NCBI RefSeq assembly: GCF_009914755.1 | Contig: NC_060934.1 | Direction: 5' to 3' (one strand) | Origin: the human T2T-CHM13v2.0 reference genome, Homo sapiens | DNA: 64,000 nt | Shown: piece by piece, positions 1 through 17,150 of the stretch | Layout of the letters: each line of letters begins with the position of its first letter | How positions within the stretch are numbered: the stretch's first letter is position 1 | The notes under the pieces: model-generated | Told to the model about the DNA's origin: nothing | The model's input: the letters and a program-made list of their open reading frames with translations, nothing else | The model's database searches: none | Program-made: the position numbers and the translations under genes

Positions 1-116
1 TGACTCGTCATTTACATTAGGTATTTCTCCTAATGCTATCCCTCCCTGCTCCCCCCACTCCACGACAGGCCCTGGTGTATGATGTTCCCCACCCTGTGTC
101 CAAGTGTTCTCATTGT

Positions 117-3901
<3,785 letters not shown>

Positions 3902-3964
3902 TATGATGTTAGCTGGTTATTTTGCTTGTTAGTTGATGCAGTTTCTTCCTAGCACTGAGGGTCT

Positions 3965-4980
3965 TTACACTTTGGCATGTTTTTGCAGTGGCTGGTACCA
4001 GTTGTCCCTTTCCATGTTTAGTGCTTCCTTCAGGAGCTCTTGTAAGGCAGGCCTGGTGGTGACAAAATCTCTCAGTATTTGTTTGTCTGTAAAGGATTTT
4101 ATTTCTCCTTCACTTATGAAGCTTAGTTTGGCTGGATATGAAATTCTGGGTTGAAAATTCTTTAAGATTGTTGAATATTGGTCCCCACTTCTTCTGGCTT
4201 GTAGAGTTTCTGCTGAGAGATCTGCTGTTAGTCTGATGGGCTTCCCTTTGTGGGTAACCCAATCTTTCTCTCTGGTTGCCCTTAACATTTTTTCCTTCAT
4301 TTCAACCTTGGTGAATCTGACAATTATGTGTCTTGGAGTTGCTCTTCTCGAGGAGTATCTTTGTGGCATTCTCTGTATTTCCTGAATTTCAGTGTTGGCC
4401 TGCCTCACTAAGTTGGGGAAGTTCTCCTGGATAATATCCTGCAGAGTGTTTTCCAACTTGGTTCCATTCTCCCTGTCACTTTCAGATACGCCAATTAGAC
4501 ATAGATTTGGTCTTTTCACATAGTCCCATATTTCTTGGCGGCTTTGTTTCTTTTTACTCTTTTTTCTCTAAACTTCTCTTCTTGCTTCATTTCATTCATT
4601 TGATCTTCAATCACTGACACCCTTTCTTCCACTTGATCAAATTGGCTACTGAAGCTTGTGCATACATCATGTAGTTCTTGTGCCATGGTTTTCAGCTCCA
4701 TCAGGTCATTTAAGGACTTCTCTACACTGTTTATTCTAGTTAGCCATTCATCTAATCTTTTTTCAAGGTTTTTATCTCCTTTGTGATGGGTTCGAACATC
4801 CTCCTTTAGCTTGGAGAAGTTTGTTATTACTTATTGTCTGAAGCCTTCTTCTCTCAACTCATCAAAGTCATTCTCCGTCCATCTTTGTTCCATTGCTGGC
4901 AAGGAGCTGTGTTCCTTTGGAGGAGAAGAGGCGCTCTGATTTTTAGAATTTTCAGCTTTTCTGCTCTGGTTTCTCCCCAT
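3965..4980 (-). pseudogene. L1 ORF1p remnant (disrupted)
   Basis: Start ATGGGGAGAAACCAG at 4980; track ORFs 4516-4701 and 3965-4519 (KRPNL..., RISYPAKLSF..., YQPLQKHAK). Confidence 0.93.
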
Positions 4981-5989
4981 CTTTGTGGTTTTATCTACCT
5001 TTAGTCTTTGATGATGGTGTTGTACAGATGGGGTTTTGGCGTGGATGTCCTTTCTGTTTGTTAGTTTTCCTTCTAACAGTCAGGACCCTCAGCTGCAGGT
5101 CTGTTGGAGTTTGCTGGAGGTCCATTCCAGACCCTGTTTTTCCTGGGTATCACCAGCGGAGGCTGCAGAACAGCAAATATTGCAGAATGGCAGATGTTGA
5201 TGCCTGATCCTTCTTCTGGAAGCTTCATCTCAGAGGGGCATCTGGCTGTATGAGATGTCAGTCAGCCCCTACTGGGAGATGTCTCCCAGTTAGGCTACTT
5301 GAGGGTCAGGGACCCACTTGAGGAGGCAGTCTGTCCATTCTCAGATCTCAAACTCTGTGCTGGGAGAACCACTACTCTCTTCAAAGCTGTCAGACAGGGA
5401 CGTTTAAGTCTGTAGAAGTTTCTTTTGTTCAGCTATGCCCTGCCCCCAGAGGTGGAGTCTACAGAAGCAGGCAGGCCTCCTTGAGCTGCAGTGGGCTCCA
5501 CCCAGTTCGAGCTTCCAGGCAGCTTTGTTTACCTACTCAATCCTCAGCAATGGTGGACACCCCTCCCCCAGCCTCGCTACTGCCTTGTAGTTTGATCTCA
5601 GACTGCTGTGCTAGCAGTTAATGAGGCTCTGTAGGCATGGGACCCTCTAAGCCAGGCACGGGATATAATCTCCTGGTGTACTATTTGCTAAGGCCATTGA
5701 AAAGCGCAGTATTAGGGTAGGAGTGTCCCAATTTTCCAGGTACCATCTGTCACGGTTTCCCTTTGCTAGGAAAGGGAATTCCCTGACCTCTTATGCTTTC
5801 TGGGTGAGACAATGCCCCACCCTGCTCCATGGGCTGCACCCACTCTCTGACAAGCCCAGGGAGATGAACACGGTACCTCAGTTGGAAATGCAGAAATCAC
5901 CCGTCTTCTGTGTCGCTGATGCTGGGAGCTGCAGACTAGAGCTGTTCCTATTCAGCCATCTTGGAACCTCCCTTCTGTTTATTTTCAAA

Positions 5990-7100
5990 TTTGAGTTTAG
6001 CTTGTTTTCTTTTTGTATTGATTTTTTAAATAACTAAAACATTAACATATTTGAAATTCAAAATTTATAGTCACAGCAAAAAACCTTTTTTTTTTTTGCA
6101 AAACTAAGCAAATATACATACATATTTTTATTCTCCTACTTTCTGACACAAAACATAGCAGCACATTATATACACTTTTTGGTACACTGCTTTTTTTCGT
6201 TTAAGGTGTTGTGGAGATTATGTCATATTAGTACATAGATATCTTCCTCATTCTTTCAAAAACCACTTTACATTCCATTGTGTGCAAAACTAAGCAAATA
6301 TACATACATATTTTTATTATCCTACTTACTGACACAAAACATGGCAGCACATTATACATGCTGTTTGGTACACTGCTTTTTTTCATTTAAGGTATCATGA
6401 AGATTACATCATATTAGTACATAGATATCTTCCTCATTCTTTCAAAAACCACTTCACATTCCATTGTGTGGTTGTATTGCAGTTTATTCACCAAGACCCC
6501 TATTGATGCATATTTGGACTGTTTCCAATATTTTGTGACTGTGAGTGAGGCCACAGTGAACACCCTGGGATGTATGTTGTTTCATGTTGGTGGGGATATA
6601 TTGTCTAAATACTTTCTTAGCAGTGGAGTTCCTGGATCGAAGAGTAAATGCAATTGTTTAGATATTGCTAGGTTACTCTTCATAGGAACCAAGCACTATT
6701 TTGTACTCTCTCCAGTAGTGTACAAAAGTGCCTGTTTCTCCACAGCTCCACTAACAGAGTTTATTCTCAAACTTAGATTTTTGCTAGTCTGATAGGTGAG
6801 GAATGGTAATTGCATTGTGATTTTATTTGCTTTTCTCTTGTTACAAGAAAGATTAACCATCTGTTCATATGTTTAAGGGTCATTTAATATCTTTTTCTAT
6901 AAACTGCCTATTCTTATATTTCGCTCATTTTTCTATTAGAGTTTTTTTTTTTTCCTCTCCTTTTAAGAACTCTTTATATGTTAGGGAGGTAAGCCCTCTG
7001 TACTCTAGGTTGCCAATATTTTTCTGCTAATTAAGCATTTGTATTTTCACTTTACTTAGGAGATTGTTGTGATACAAATGTAATTTTTTAAAAAATATAA
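5990..7100 (-). mobile_element. Old L1M 3' region fragments (continue at ~9801-10120, 11390-11570, 12730-12980, 13290-13740)
   Basis: Degenerate L1M-type 3'UTR/ORF2 motifs (ccattgtgtgg..., catttgga..gtttccaa, ttgtggttttatttgc). Confidence 0.65.
6097..6468. repeat. Tandem duplication, 2 x 186 bp
   Basis: tgcaaaactaagcaaatatacatac...cattccattgtg starts at both 6097 and 6283. Confidence 0.95.
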
Positions 7101-7103
7101 CCT

Positions 7104-7232
7104 CTTTTGGGAGGCTGAGGTAGGAGAATCACCGGAGGCCAGGAGTTCACAACCAGCCTGGGCAACATTGTGAGGATTTGTTTTTACCAAAAAAAAAAAA
7201 AAATAGTAATAATAGAGAAAGAGAGGAAGAGA

Positions 7233-7293
<61 letters not shown>

Positions 7294-7522
7294 GAAGGAA
7301 GGTGGGAGGGAGGGAGGAAAGAAGGAAGGAAGGAAGCAGGAAGGAAGGAAGGAAGGAAGGAAAAAATTAGCCAGGTGTGGTGGTATGCACCTGTAGTTCA
7401 AACTACTCAAGAGACAAAGTGGGAGGATTGCTTGAGTCCAAAAGTCTGAGACTGGAGTGAGCCATTATTGCACCACTGCACTCCAGTCTGGGTGACAGAG
7501 AAAAACTTTGTCTCAAAAAAAA
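7104..7522 (+). mobile_element. AluJ-like with (GAAA)n/(GGAA)n expansion in the central linker
   Basis: Left arm ~7104-7190, purine repeat ~7215-7360, right arm 7361-7522. Confidence 0.88.
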
Positions 7523-7552
7523 ATTTTTTTTAATGTAAAAAAATTTCTCAAG

Positions 7553-9800
7553 TGTATTAGTCTCTTTTCACATTGCTGATAAGGACATACCCGAGACTGG
7601 GACAAAAAAGAGGTTTAATTGGACTTACAGTTCCACATGGCTGGGGAGGCCTCAGAATCATGACTGGAGGTGAAAGACACTTCTTACATGATGGGAGCAA
7701 GAGAAAATGAGGAAGAAGCAAAAGTGGAAACCCCTGATAAACCCATCAGACCTTGTGAGACTTATTCACTATCATTAGAATAGCACGGGAAAGACTGGCC
7801 CCCTGATTCAATTACCTCCTCCCGGATCTCTCGCACAACACATGGGAATTCTGGGAAATAAAATTCAAGTTGAGATTTGGGTAGGGAAACAGCCAAACCA
7901 TATCATTCTGCCCCTGGCCCCTCCAAATATCATGTCCTCACATTTCAAAACCAATCATGCCTTCCCAACAGTCCCCAAAGTCTTAACTCATTTCAGCATC
8001 AGCCCAAAGTCCACAGTCCAAAGTCTCACCTGAGACAAGGCAAGTCACTTCTGCCTATCAGCCTGTAAAATCAAAAGCAATCTAATTACTTCCTAGATAC
8101 AATGGGGGTACAGGTATTTAGTAAATACAGCCATTCCAAATGAGAGTAATTGGCCAAAACAAAGACGTTACAGGACCCAGGCAAGTCTGAAATCCAGCAG
8201 GGTAGTCAAATTTTAAAGCTCCAAAATGATCTCCTTTGACTCCAGGTCTCACATACAGATCATGCTGATGCAAGAGGTAGGTTCCCATGGTCTTGGGCAG
8301 CTCTGCCTCTATGGCTTTACAGGATACAGCCTCCCTCCTGGCAGCTTCCCAGGCTGGTGTTGAGTGTCCATGGCTTTTCCAGGTGCATGGTGCAAGACCA
8401 TTCTGGGGTCTGGAGGACAGTGGCCCTTTTCTCAAGCTCCACTAGGCAGTGCCCCAGTAGGGACTCTATGTGGGGGCTCTGATCCCACATTTCCTTTCCA
8501 CACTGCCCTAGCAGAGGTTCTCCTTGAGGGCCCCACCTCTGCAGCAAACTTTTACCTGGGCATCCAGGTGTTTCCATAAATCTTCTGAAATCTAGGCAAA
8601 GGTTCCCAAACTTCAGTTCTTGACTTCTGTGCACCCATAGGCTCAACACCACGTGGAAGCTGCCAAGGCTTGGGGCTTCCACCTTCTGAAGCCACAGCCT
8701 GAGCTGTACATTGGCCCCTTTCAGCCATGGGTGGAGTGGCTGGGACACAAGGCACCAAGTCCCTAGGCTGCACACAGCATGGGGACCCTGGACCTTGCCC
8801 ACAAAACCACTTTTTCCTCCTGGGCCTCTGGGCCTGTGATGGGAGGGTCTGCCGTGAAAGTCTCTGACATGGCCTGGAGACATTTTCCCCATGGTCTTGG
8901 GGATTAACACTAGGCTCCTTGCTCCTTATGCAAATTTATACACCTGGCTTGAATTTCTCACCAGAAAATGGGTTTTTTTCTCTATCGCATAGTCAGGCTG
9001 CAAATTTTCTGACCTTTTTTGCTGAATGCCTTTAACAGTACCCAAGTCACATCTTGAATGCTTTGCTGCTTAGAAATTTCTTCTGCCAGGTACCCTAAAT
9101 CATCTCTCTCAAGTTCAAAGTTCCACAAATCTCTTGGGGAGGGGCAAAATACCACCAGTCTCTTTGCTAATACATAACAAGAGTCACCTTTGCTCCAGTT
9201 CCCAATAAGTTCCTCATGTCCCTCTGAGACCACCTCAGCCTTGACCTTATTGTTCATATCATTATCGGCATTTTGGTTAAAGCCATTCAACAAGTCTCTA
9301 GGGAGTTCCAAACTTTCCCACATTTACCTGTTTTCTTCTGAGGCCTCCAAACTGATCCAACCTCTGCCTCTTAGCCAGTTCCAAAGTTGCTTCCACATTT
9401 TCAGGTACCTTTTCAGCAGCACCCGACTCTACTGGTATGAATTTACTGTATCAGTTCGTTCTCTCACTGCTGATAAAGATGTTCCCGAGACTGGGACAAA
9501 AAAGATATTTAATTGGACTTACAATTCCACATGGCTGGGGAGGCCTCAGAATCATGACAGGAGGCAAAAGGCACTTCTTACATGGCAGTGGCAAGAGAAA
9601 ATGAGGAAGAAGCAAAAGTGGAAACCCCTGATAAACCCATCAGATCTCGTGAGACTTATTCACTATCATGATAATAGCATGGGAAAGGCAGGCCTCCATG
9701 ATTCAATTACCTCCCCCTGGGTCCCTCCCACAACACGTAGGAATTCTGGGAGACACAATTCAAGTTGAGATTTGGGTGGGAACACAGCCAAACCATATCT
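7553..9800 (-). mobile_element. Full-length THE1A MaLR provirus (LTR 7553-7905, internal 7906-9446, LTR 9447-9800)
   Basis: Two homologous ~350-bp LTRs with THE1A-type segment (gaggaagaagcaaaagtggaaacccctgataaa); perfect 5-bp TSD TCAAG at 7548-7552 and 9801-9805. Confidence 0.93.
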
Positions 9801-10134
9801 TCAAGTTTTTATTGTTTCCAGATTTTGAGTAATGAATTGAAAGGCCTTCCCTATTCCTAGGTTATAAAAGAATTTACCTATATTTTCTTCTAGTACTTGT
9901 ATGGTTTCTTTTTTTGGCATGTAGTTATATGAATTGGAGTTTATACTGATACATGGTATGAAGTATGGATCCAGTTTTATCTTTTCTTCAAATGGTTATC
10001 CATTTGTCCCAACGTCATGTATGAAAAAGTCAATTTTTCCCACCCTCACATTACAAACTTAGTGATTTGAGATGTCACCTGTAGTACATATTAAATGTAT
10101 ATGTGTGTTTGAGCCTATTTAAATTTTTTTTCTT

Positions 10135-10415
10135 TGACATACTGATTTCATTTCTTTGGAATATATGCCCAGTAGTGGGATTGCTGGATCATATGATAGT
10201 TTTATTTTTAATTTTTTTAAAGACCATCCATAGTGTTTTCTGTAATGGCTATATTAATTTATATTCTCACCAACAATGTACAAGAGTTCCCTTTTCTCTA
10301 CATTCTTGCCAGTACTTATTATCTTTCGTCTTTCTGATAGCAGCTATTCTAACAGTTGTAAAGTGATAGCTCATTGTGGTTTAATTTGCATTTCCCTGAC
10401 TAGTGACATTGATCA
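10135..10415 (-). mobile_element. L1MA/MB fragment
   Basis: cccagtagtgggattgctggatcatatg...ctcattgtggtttaatttgcatttccctga. Confidence 0.7.
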
Positions 10416-11385
10416 TTTTTTTTCTTTTTTTTATTATTATCCTTTAAATTCTAGGGTACATGTGCACAACATGCAGGTTTGTTACATATGTATACATGTG
10501 CCATGTTGATGTGCTGCACCAATTATCTGTCATTTACATTAGGTATATCTCCTAATGCTATCCCTTCCCCCTCCCCACAACAGGCCCCGGTGTGTGATGT
10601 TCCCCACCCTGTGTCCAAGTGTTCTCATTGTTCAATTCCCACCTATAAGTGAGAACATGTGGTGTTTGGTTTTCTGTCCTTGCAACAGTTTGTTCAGAAT
10701 GATGGTTTCCAGCTTCATCCATGTCCCTACAAAGGACATGAACTCATCCTTTTTCATGGCTCCATAGTATTCCATGGTATATATGTGCCACATTTTCTTA
10801 ATCCAGTCTATCATTGATGGACATTTGGGTTGGTTCCAGGTCTTTGCTATTGTGAATAATGCTGCAATAAACATATGTGTGCATGTGTCTTTATAGCAGC
10901 ATGATTTATAATCCTTTGGGTATATGCCCAGTAATGGGATTGCTGGGTCAAATGGTATTTCTAGTTCTAGATCCTTGAGGAATTGCCACACTGTCTTCCA
11001 CAATGGTTGAACTAGTTTACAGTCCCAGCAACAGTGTAAAAGTGTTCCTATTGCTCTGCATCCTCTCCAGCACCTGTTGTTTCCTGACTTTTTAATGATT
11101 GTCATTCTAACTGGTGTGAGATGGTTATCTCATTGTGGTTTTGATTTGCGTTTCTCTGATGGCCAGTGTTGATGAGCATTTTTTCATGTGTCTGTTGGCT
11201 GCATAAATGTCTTCTTTTGAGAAGTATATGTTCATGTCCTTTGCCCACTTTTTGATGGGGTTGTTTGATTTTTTCTTGTAAATTTAAGTTCTTTGTAGAT
11301 TCTGGATATAAGCCCTTTGTCAGATGGGTAGATTGTAAAAATTTTCTCCCATTCTGTAGATTGCCTGTTCACTCTGATGGTGGTT
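10416..11385 (-). mobile_element. 5'-truncated L1PA (3' ~970 bp)
   Basis: Poly-T tail, then 3'UTR and ORF2 C-terminus (track ORF 10632-11105); near-identical to 1-870. Confidence 0.95.
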
Positions 11386-11576
11386 CTATTCTGTTCAGAA
11401 AATTCTGTTCTATTGGTCTGTCTGTCCAGTCGTGAACTATTATTATGCTAATTTAATTATAGAAGCTTTATAATATGTTTTCATATCTGATATGGCTATG
11501 CTCCCCTCCCCACCATTGCTCTTGTCTTTCTTGCTTCTTGGCTGTTCTTGCCTGTCCTTTTTTCTATGTGACTTTA

Positions 11577-12723
11577 TTTTTTTAATTGTATAAATTTATG
11601 GGATATAAGTACAATTTTATTACATGCATAGTGGTGATGTCAGTGCTTTTAGGATATCCATCACCCAAATAACGTACTTTGTACCCATTAAGTGATTTCC
11701 AATTATCCATCCCCTTCCACTCCTTCACTCTTCTGAGTCTCCATTGTCTATCATTTCCCTCTCTACTTACATATACACCTTTTCTGGCACTCATTTATAA
11801 GTGAGAACATGCAATATTTATATTTCTGTGTCTGGCTTGTTTCATTTATGGCAATGCCCTCCTGTTCCATCCAAGTTCCTGCAAAAGACATGATTTCATG
11901 TTTTTATGGCTGAATAGTACTTTATTCTTTATATATACCACATTTTCTTTATCCAGTCACCTGCTGATGGAAACTAGGTTGCTTCCATATCTTTGCTATT
12001 GTGAGTAGTTGATAAACATACAAGTGCAGGTATCTTTATGATATATTGATTTCTCTTTCTTTGGCCAGATACTCAGTAATGAGATGGCTGGATCAAATGG
12101 TAGTTCCATTTTTAGTTCTTTGAGAAATCTCCCTACTGTTTTCTATAGAGATTTTACTAATTTACATTCCCGTCAACAGTGTATAAGCATTCCCTTTTCT
12201 CCACACCCTCCCCCAAATCTTTTATCTTTTGAATAATAGCTTCTGATTGGGGTAAGATGATATCTTATTGTGGTTTTAATTTGCATTTCTCTGATGATTA
12301 GTGACGTCAAGCATTTTTTCATATACCTGTTGGCCATTTGTATGTCTTCTTTTGAAAAAATGTCTATTTATATCCTTTGCCCACTTTTTAATGACAGTAT
12401 TTGTTTTTTTTTTTCCCATTGAGTTTTTTGAGTTCCTTGTATATTCTGGATATTAGTTGCATGTAGGATAGTTTCCAAATATTTCTCTCATTCTGCAGAT
12501 TATTTGTTCACTCTGTTGATTCTTTCTTTTGCTGTTCAGAAGTGTTTTCATTTAGTTATGTCCCATTTGCCTGTTTTTATTGCCTGTGCTTTTGAGGTCT
12601 TAGTCATAAATTCTTGCCTAGACCTATATCTAGAAGAATTTTCCCTAGGTTTTCTTCTAGTATTTTTATAGATTTGGGTCTTTTGTTTAAGTCTTTAATC
12701 CATCTTCAGTTGATTTTGGTATA
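11577..12723 (-). mobile_element. 5'-truncated L1PB/L1MA-class element
   Basis: L1 3'UTR/ORF2 end; degenerate TSD tctatgtgacttta (11563-11576) / tccatgcgacttta (12724-12737). Confidence 0.85.
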
Positions 12724-12980
12724 TCCATGCGACTTTAGAATAATTTTGTCTTCTTTATGAAAAATCTTATTAGCATTTTTGTTGGAATCACAATAAATAA
12801 ATAAATAGGTTAACTTCGGGAGAACTAACATCTTTATGATAATGAATTTCCTTATCCAAGAATTTATTATGTGTCCCAATTATTCAAGTTTAACTTTGTG
12901 TCTTTTTGAAATGTTTTGAATTTTTCCTCATATAGGTTTTGTATGTTTCATGTTCCATTTTCTTCCTAGGTATTTTATGG

Positions 12981-13283
12981 TTTTTTGGTTGTTGGTTTTT
13001 TGTTTTGAAACAGGGTCTTGCTCAGTTGCCTAGGCTGGAGTGCAGTGGCATGAACATGCCTCACTGCAGCCTTGATCTCTTGGGCTCAAACAATCCTTCT
13101 GCCTCAGACTTCTGGGTAGCTGGGACTACAGGTGTGTGCCACACTTGGCTAATTTTTTTTTTTCATAGAGATAGGGTCTTTCTTTGTTGTGCAGGCTGGT
13201 CTTGAACTCCAGGCCTTAAGTGATCCTTCTGCCTCGCCTTCCCAAAATGCTGATATTACAGGTGTGAGCTACTGCATCTGGCC
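12981..13283 (-). mobile_element. AluJ
   Basis: Reverse Alu dimer with J-type divergence. Confidence 0.9.
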
Positions 13284-14324
13284 TGTAGTTTTTTAAATGG
13301 GATCTTCTCTTTCATGATATATTCTAACTGGCTTACACTTGTGGATAGGAAAGCTATTGATTATTTCATTCAATATTAAATTTACTTTTTTGTTTTACTG
13401 AATTCTTTTTTATTGGTTATATATAATTTTTCATGAATGTATAGTATTGCATTATATAAAAATACTGTAAGTTAATTAACCAAACTCTTGATATTGAACA
13501 TTTAGTTTTATGTGTGTGGGAGGTGGGTATGTTTTACATTTTCCCACTATTAATACAAAGATGTTTACATCCTAGTGGCTAAATATTTTTTGTTTCTTTA
13601 ATAATTTCCTTATAATAGATTCCTGGAAGTGAATTTGCTGCTTCATTGGATGTCAAAACTGGAAAGCTTTAAGAAATATGTTTTGACAAATTGCCCTGGA
13701 GAGGGCTTGTACCCATTTATTCTCTAACAAGTTATGTCTGAGAAGGAACAGAGTTTAATTTTACTGGGCCAAGCAAAACATCAAGCTCATTAAAGGCCTA
13801 GGGCAATAACTTTCAGATTATTTAGTCACAGACTTTCTGTTTACAAGGAAGTTTATGTATTATATTGAATTATATGAAATTGACATTTTTGCAGGCAATA
13901 TGGTTGAATATCAGCAGTTTCCTATTGTTCAACTTAACAGAAGCCTAACAGGTATAGCAAAAAAAAAAAAAAACACAGCTGTTTTGACTGATGATGGAGT
14001 AGGGGTATTCAGAAGACCTCAGAGAAGGGCTTAAGAGCAGCTCTCTAGGCACAAAGCCCTGGGTGGGAAGGCAGGTGCGGGATCTGGGAACCCTCAGGGC
14101 TTCAGTCAGGGCGAGTGTGTGGACAAGGGTGGTGGACAGTGTGAGGGCCCTGATTGCCTGTGGGATAGGAGCTGGCAGAGAGGACAAGAACATCAACATC
14201 TGGCAAGGGAACAGGTGCTTTGGACATTTGCCTTTAACAGCAAGTCTGACCTTGCCCTTTTGTGGGATTGCAATGTCTGAGAAGCAGTACCAAGTTCCTA
14301 CAGTGTCTCTGTGATGTGTGGAAA

Positions 14325-14460
14325 GATGTGGGTTCAATCCCAGATCAAGTATTTATTAACAATGTGACTTAGGGCAAGTTTGTAAGTTTTTCTATGAGTT
14401 AGTGTTCTTTTCTGTAAACTGTGAATAAGAATTCCTACCATATCAGTTTGTTGTTAAAAT
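14325..14460. mobile_element. MIR fragment
   Basis: gggttcaatccca...tgtgacttagggcaagtt...ttctgtaaa MIR core. Confidence 0.6.
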
Positions 14461-14470
14461 ACGATGCTAT

Positions 14471-14795
<325 letters not shown>

Positions 14796-15735
14796 TTAAA
14801 GTATTACATAGTACACAATAGATTCTCAAAAATGTCAGTTGTAATAATAATTTCATTATCTTATATTCATTCCTTTTGCTCTCATCAAGGTTCAAAAGGA
14901 CATCCAAATGTGTGTTTGTTTAGAGTTTATCTTAGGGATTCCACCTCCCTAATATGTCTGTGAACCAAGGAATAGAATAACAGTAATAATTCCTCTCATT
15001 TTGTAGAAAAGAAACTAGAGCAGCTTATTGTTTAGCTCCATGAGGACCATTAAGCACTGGGACTCATTTTTATTCTCAAAGACTCCCAGGTGAAAAAGAC
15101 CTGGAAATCATCTGTTAGTTCAGGTTGAGTCTGATTTCTGATTCACATCTGCAACACTCTTGGTGAGACACGAGCAAGCCTAAGGATGGATAGCAAAACC
15201 CACAATACCCATGCCATCACGCCTCTTTCAAGGTCTCATGTAAATATTATTAATTTTTTTAACTTGTCCAAGTTCACAAAGCTAACTCTTTTTTAATGAT
15301 ATTTATTTTACTGCTGAGCCCTGATGGGCCTCAGAATCCTTTTCAACAAATTCTGGAAGCAGCTAATACTAAACAATTTGATCTGTCACATTGAGTTGAA
15401 ATCTATGTGCTGTTCTGACCCAGCCTCTAGCCGAGAGCTAGCCAAAGGCTGGGAATGCATTTCTACTTGCAAGAGCTAGTTTCATCTCTGGAAAAACATG
15501 CTGTCTCATTTCACTTTTTAATTCCCCCAAAATATATGCATAAATGCTTAATAAAGATTTTTATAATGAATGAATAAATAAATAACTAAAGGAAAGATTT
15601 ACAGAAGTGTTTCATAACTTGCCTCAGATCTCCTGGAAAATGTGTTGGTTCATCAGACATTTACTGAGAACCTATTATGTTAAGTACCATTTATGTGAGG
15701 TGATCAGGAAAGTCTGCAATGATATGACTTTTTAA

Positions 15736-16082
15736 GTTATGGTGAAATATACGTAACATAAAATTGACCAGTTTAACCATTTGAAAGGTACAGTTCAGTG
15801 GCATTAAGTACAATCTCACTGTTATGCAACCATCGTCCACATCCATCTCCAGAACTTATTCACGATCATAAACTGAAACTCTCAACTCATTAAACCCAAA
15901 TCATCCACTATTCCATCCCCCCATCCCCTGGCAACCACTGTTCTACTTTCTGTATCTATGAATTTGACTACACTAAGAACCTCATACGTGAATTCATGCA
16001 ATATTTATCCTTTTGTTTCTGGCTTATTTTACTCAGGATAATGTCTTCAAAAGTTCATCCATATTGTAGCACATACGAGAAG
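15736..16082 (-). mobile_element. L1MB 3' end
   Basis: ggtgaaatatacgtaacataaaattgacca...cagttcagtggcattaagtaca; TSD atgactttttaa at ~15724 and ~16083. Confidence 0.8.
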
Positions 16083-16519
16083 ATGACTTTTTAAAAAGTT
16101 TTTAATTAAAACATAACATAAAAAGTGAAAAGTGCATAACTTGCTCACAACCTGAACACATCAGGGTAAGTAGTGTCTACATAAGAAATGGAAAGTTACT
16201 AGAAGGGCAGAAGACCTCCCCATACTCCACTCCTAACCCCCGAGAATAATCTCTATCCTGACTTCTAACAGCGTAATTTTGCCTAGTTTTTAACTTTACG
16301 TAAATTAAAAGCATACAGTATTTTTTTTCTATTTGCTTTTTTTGCTCAATATAATGTTTGTGGTATTCATCCATATTGTTGTGTGTAGTTATATTTCTTT
16401 CATTCTCATTGCTATACAGTATGTTATCATGTAAATATGCCACAATTTATATATCATTATATTGTTGATGGAGACTCAGGCAGTTTCTGGTTTTTTGTTA
16501 ATATCAATAGTCTTGCTAT

Positions 16520-17150
<631 letters not shown>

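Noticed and set aside
7147-7410. K/E/R-rich and F/L/S-rich ORFs
   Set aside because: Translations of a microsatellite
8118-9768. 105-197 aa ORFs
   Set aside because: Lie within THE1A internal/LTR sequence; typical decayed MaLR frames
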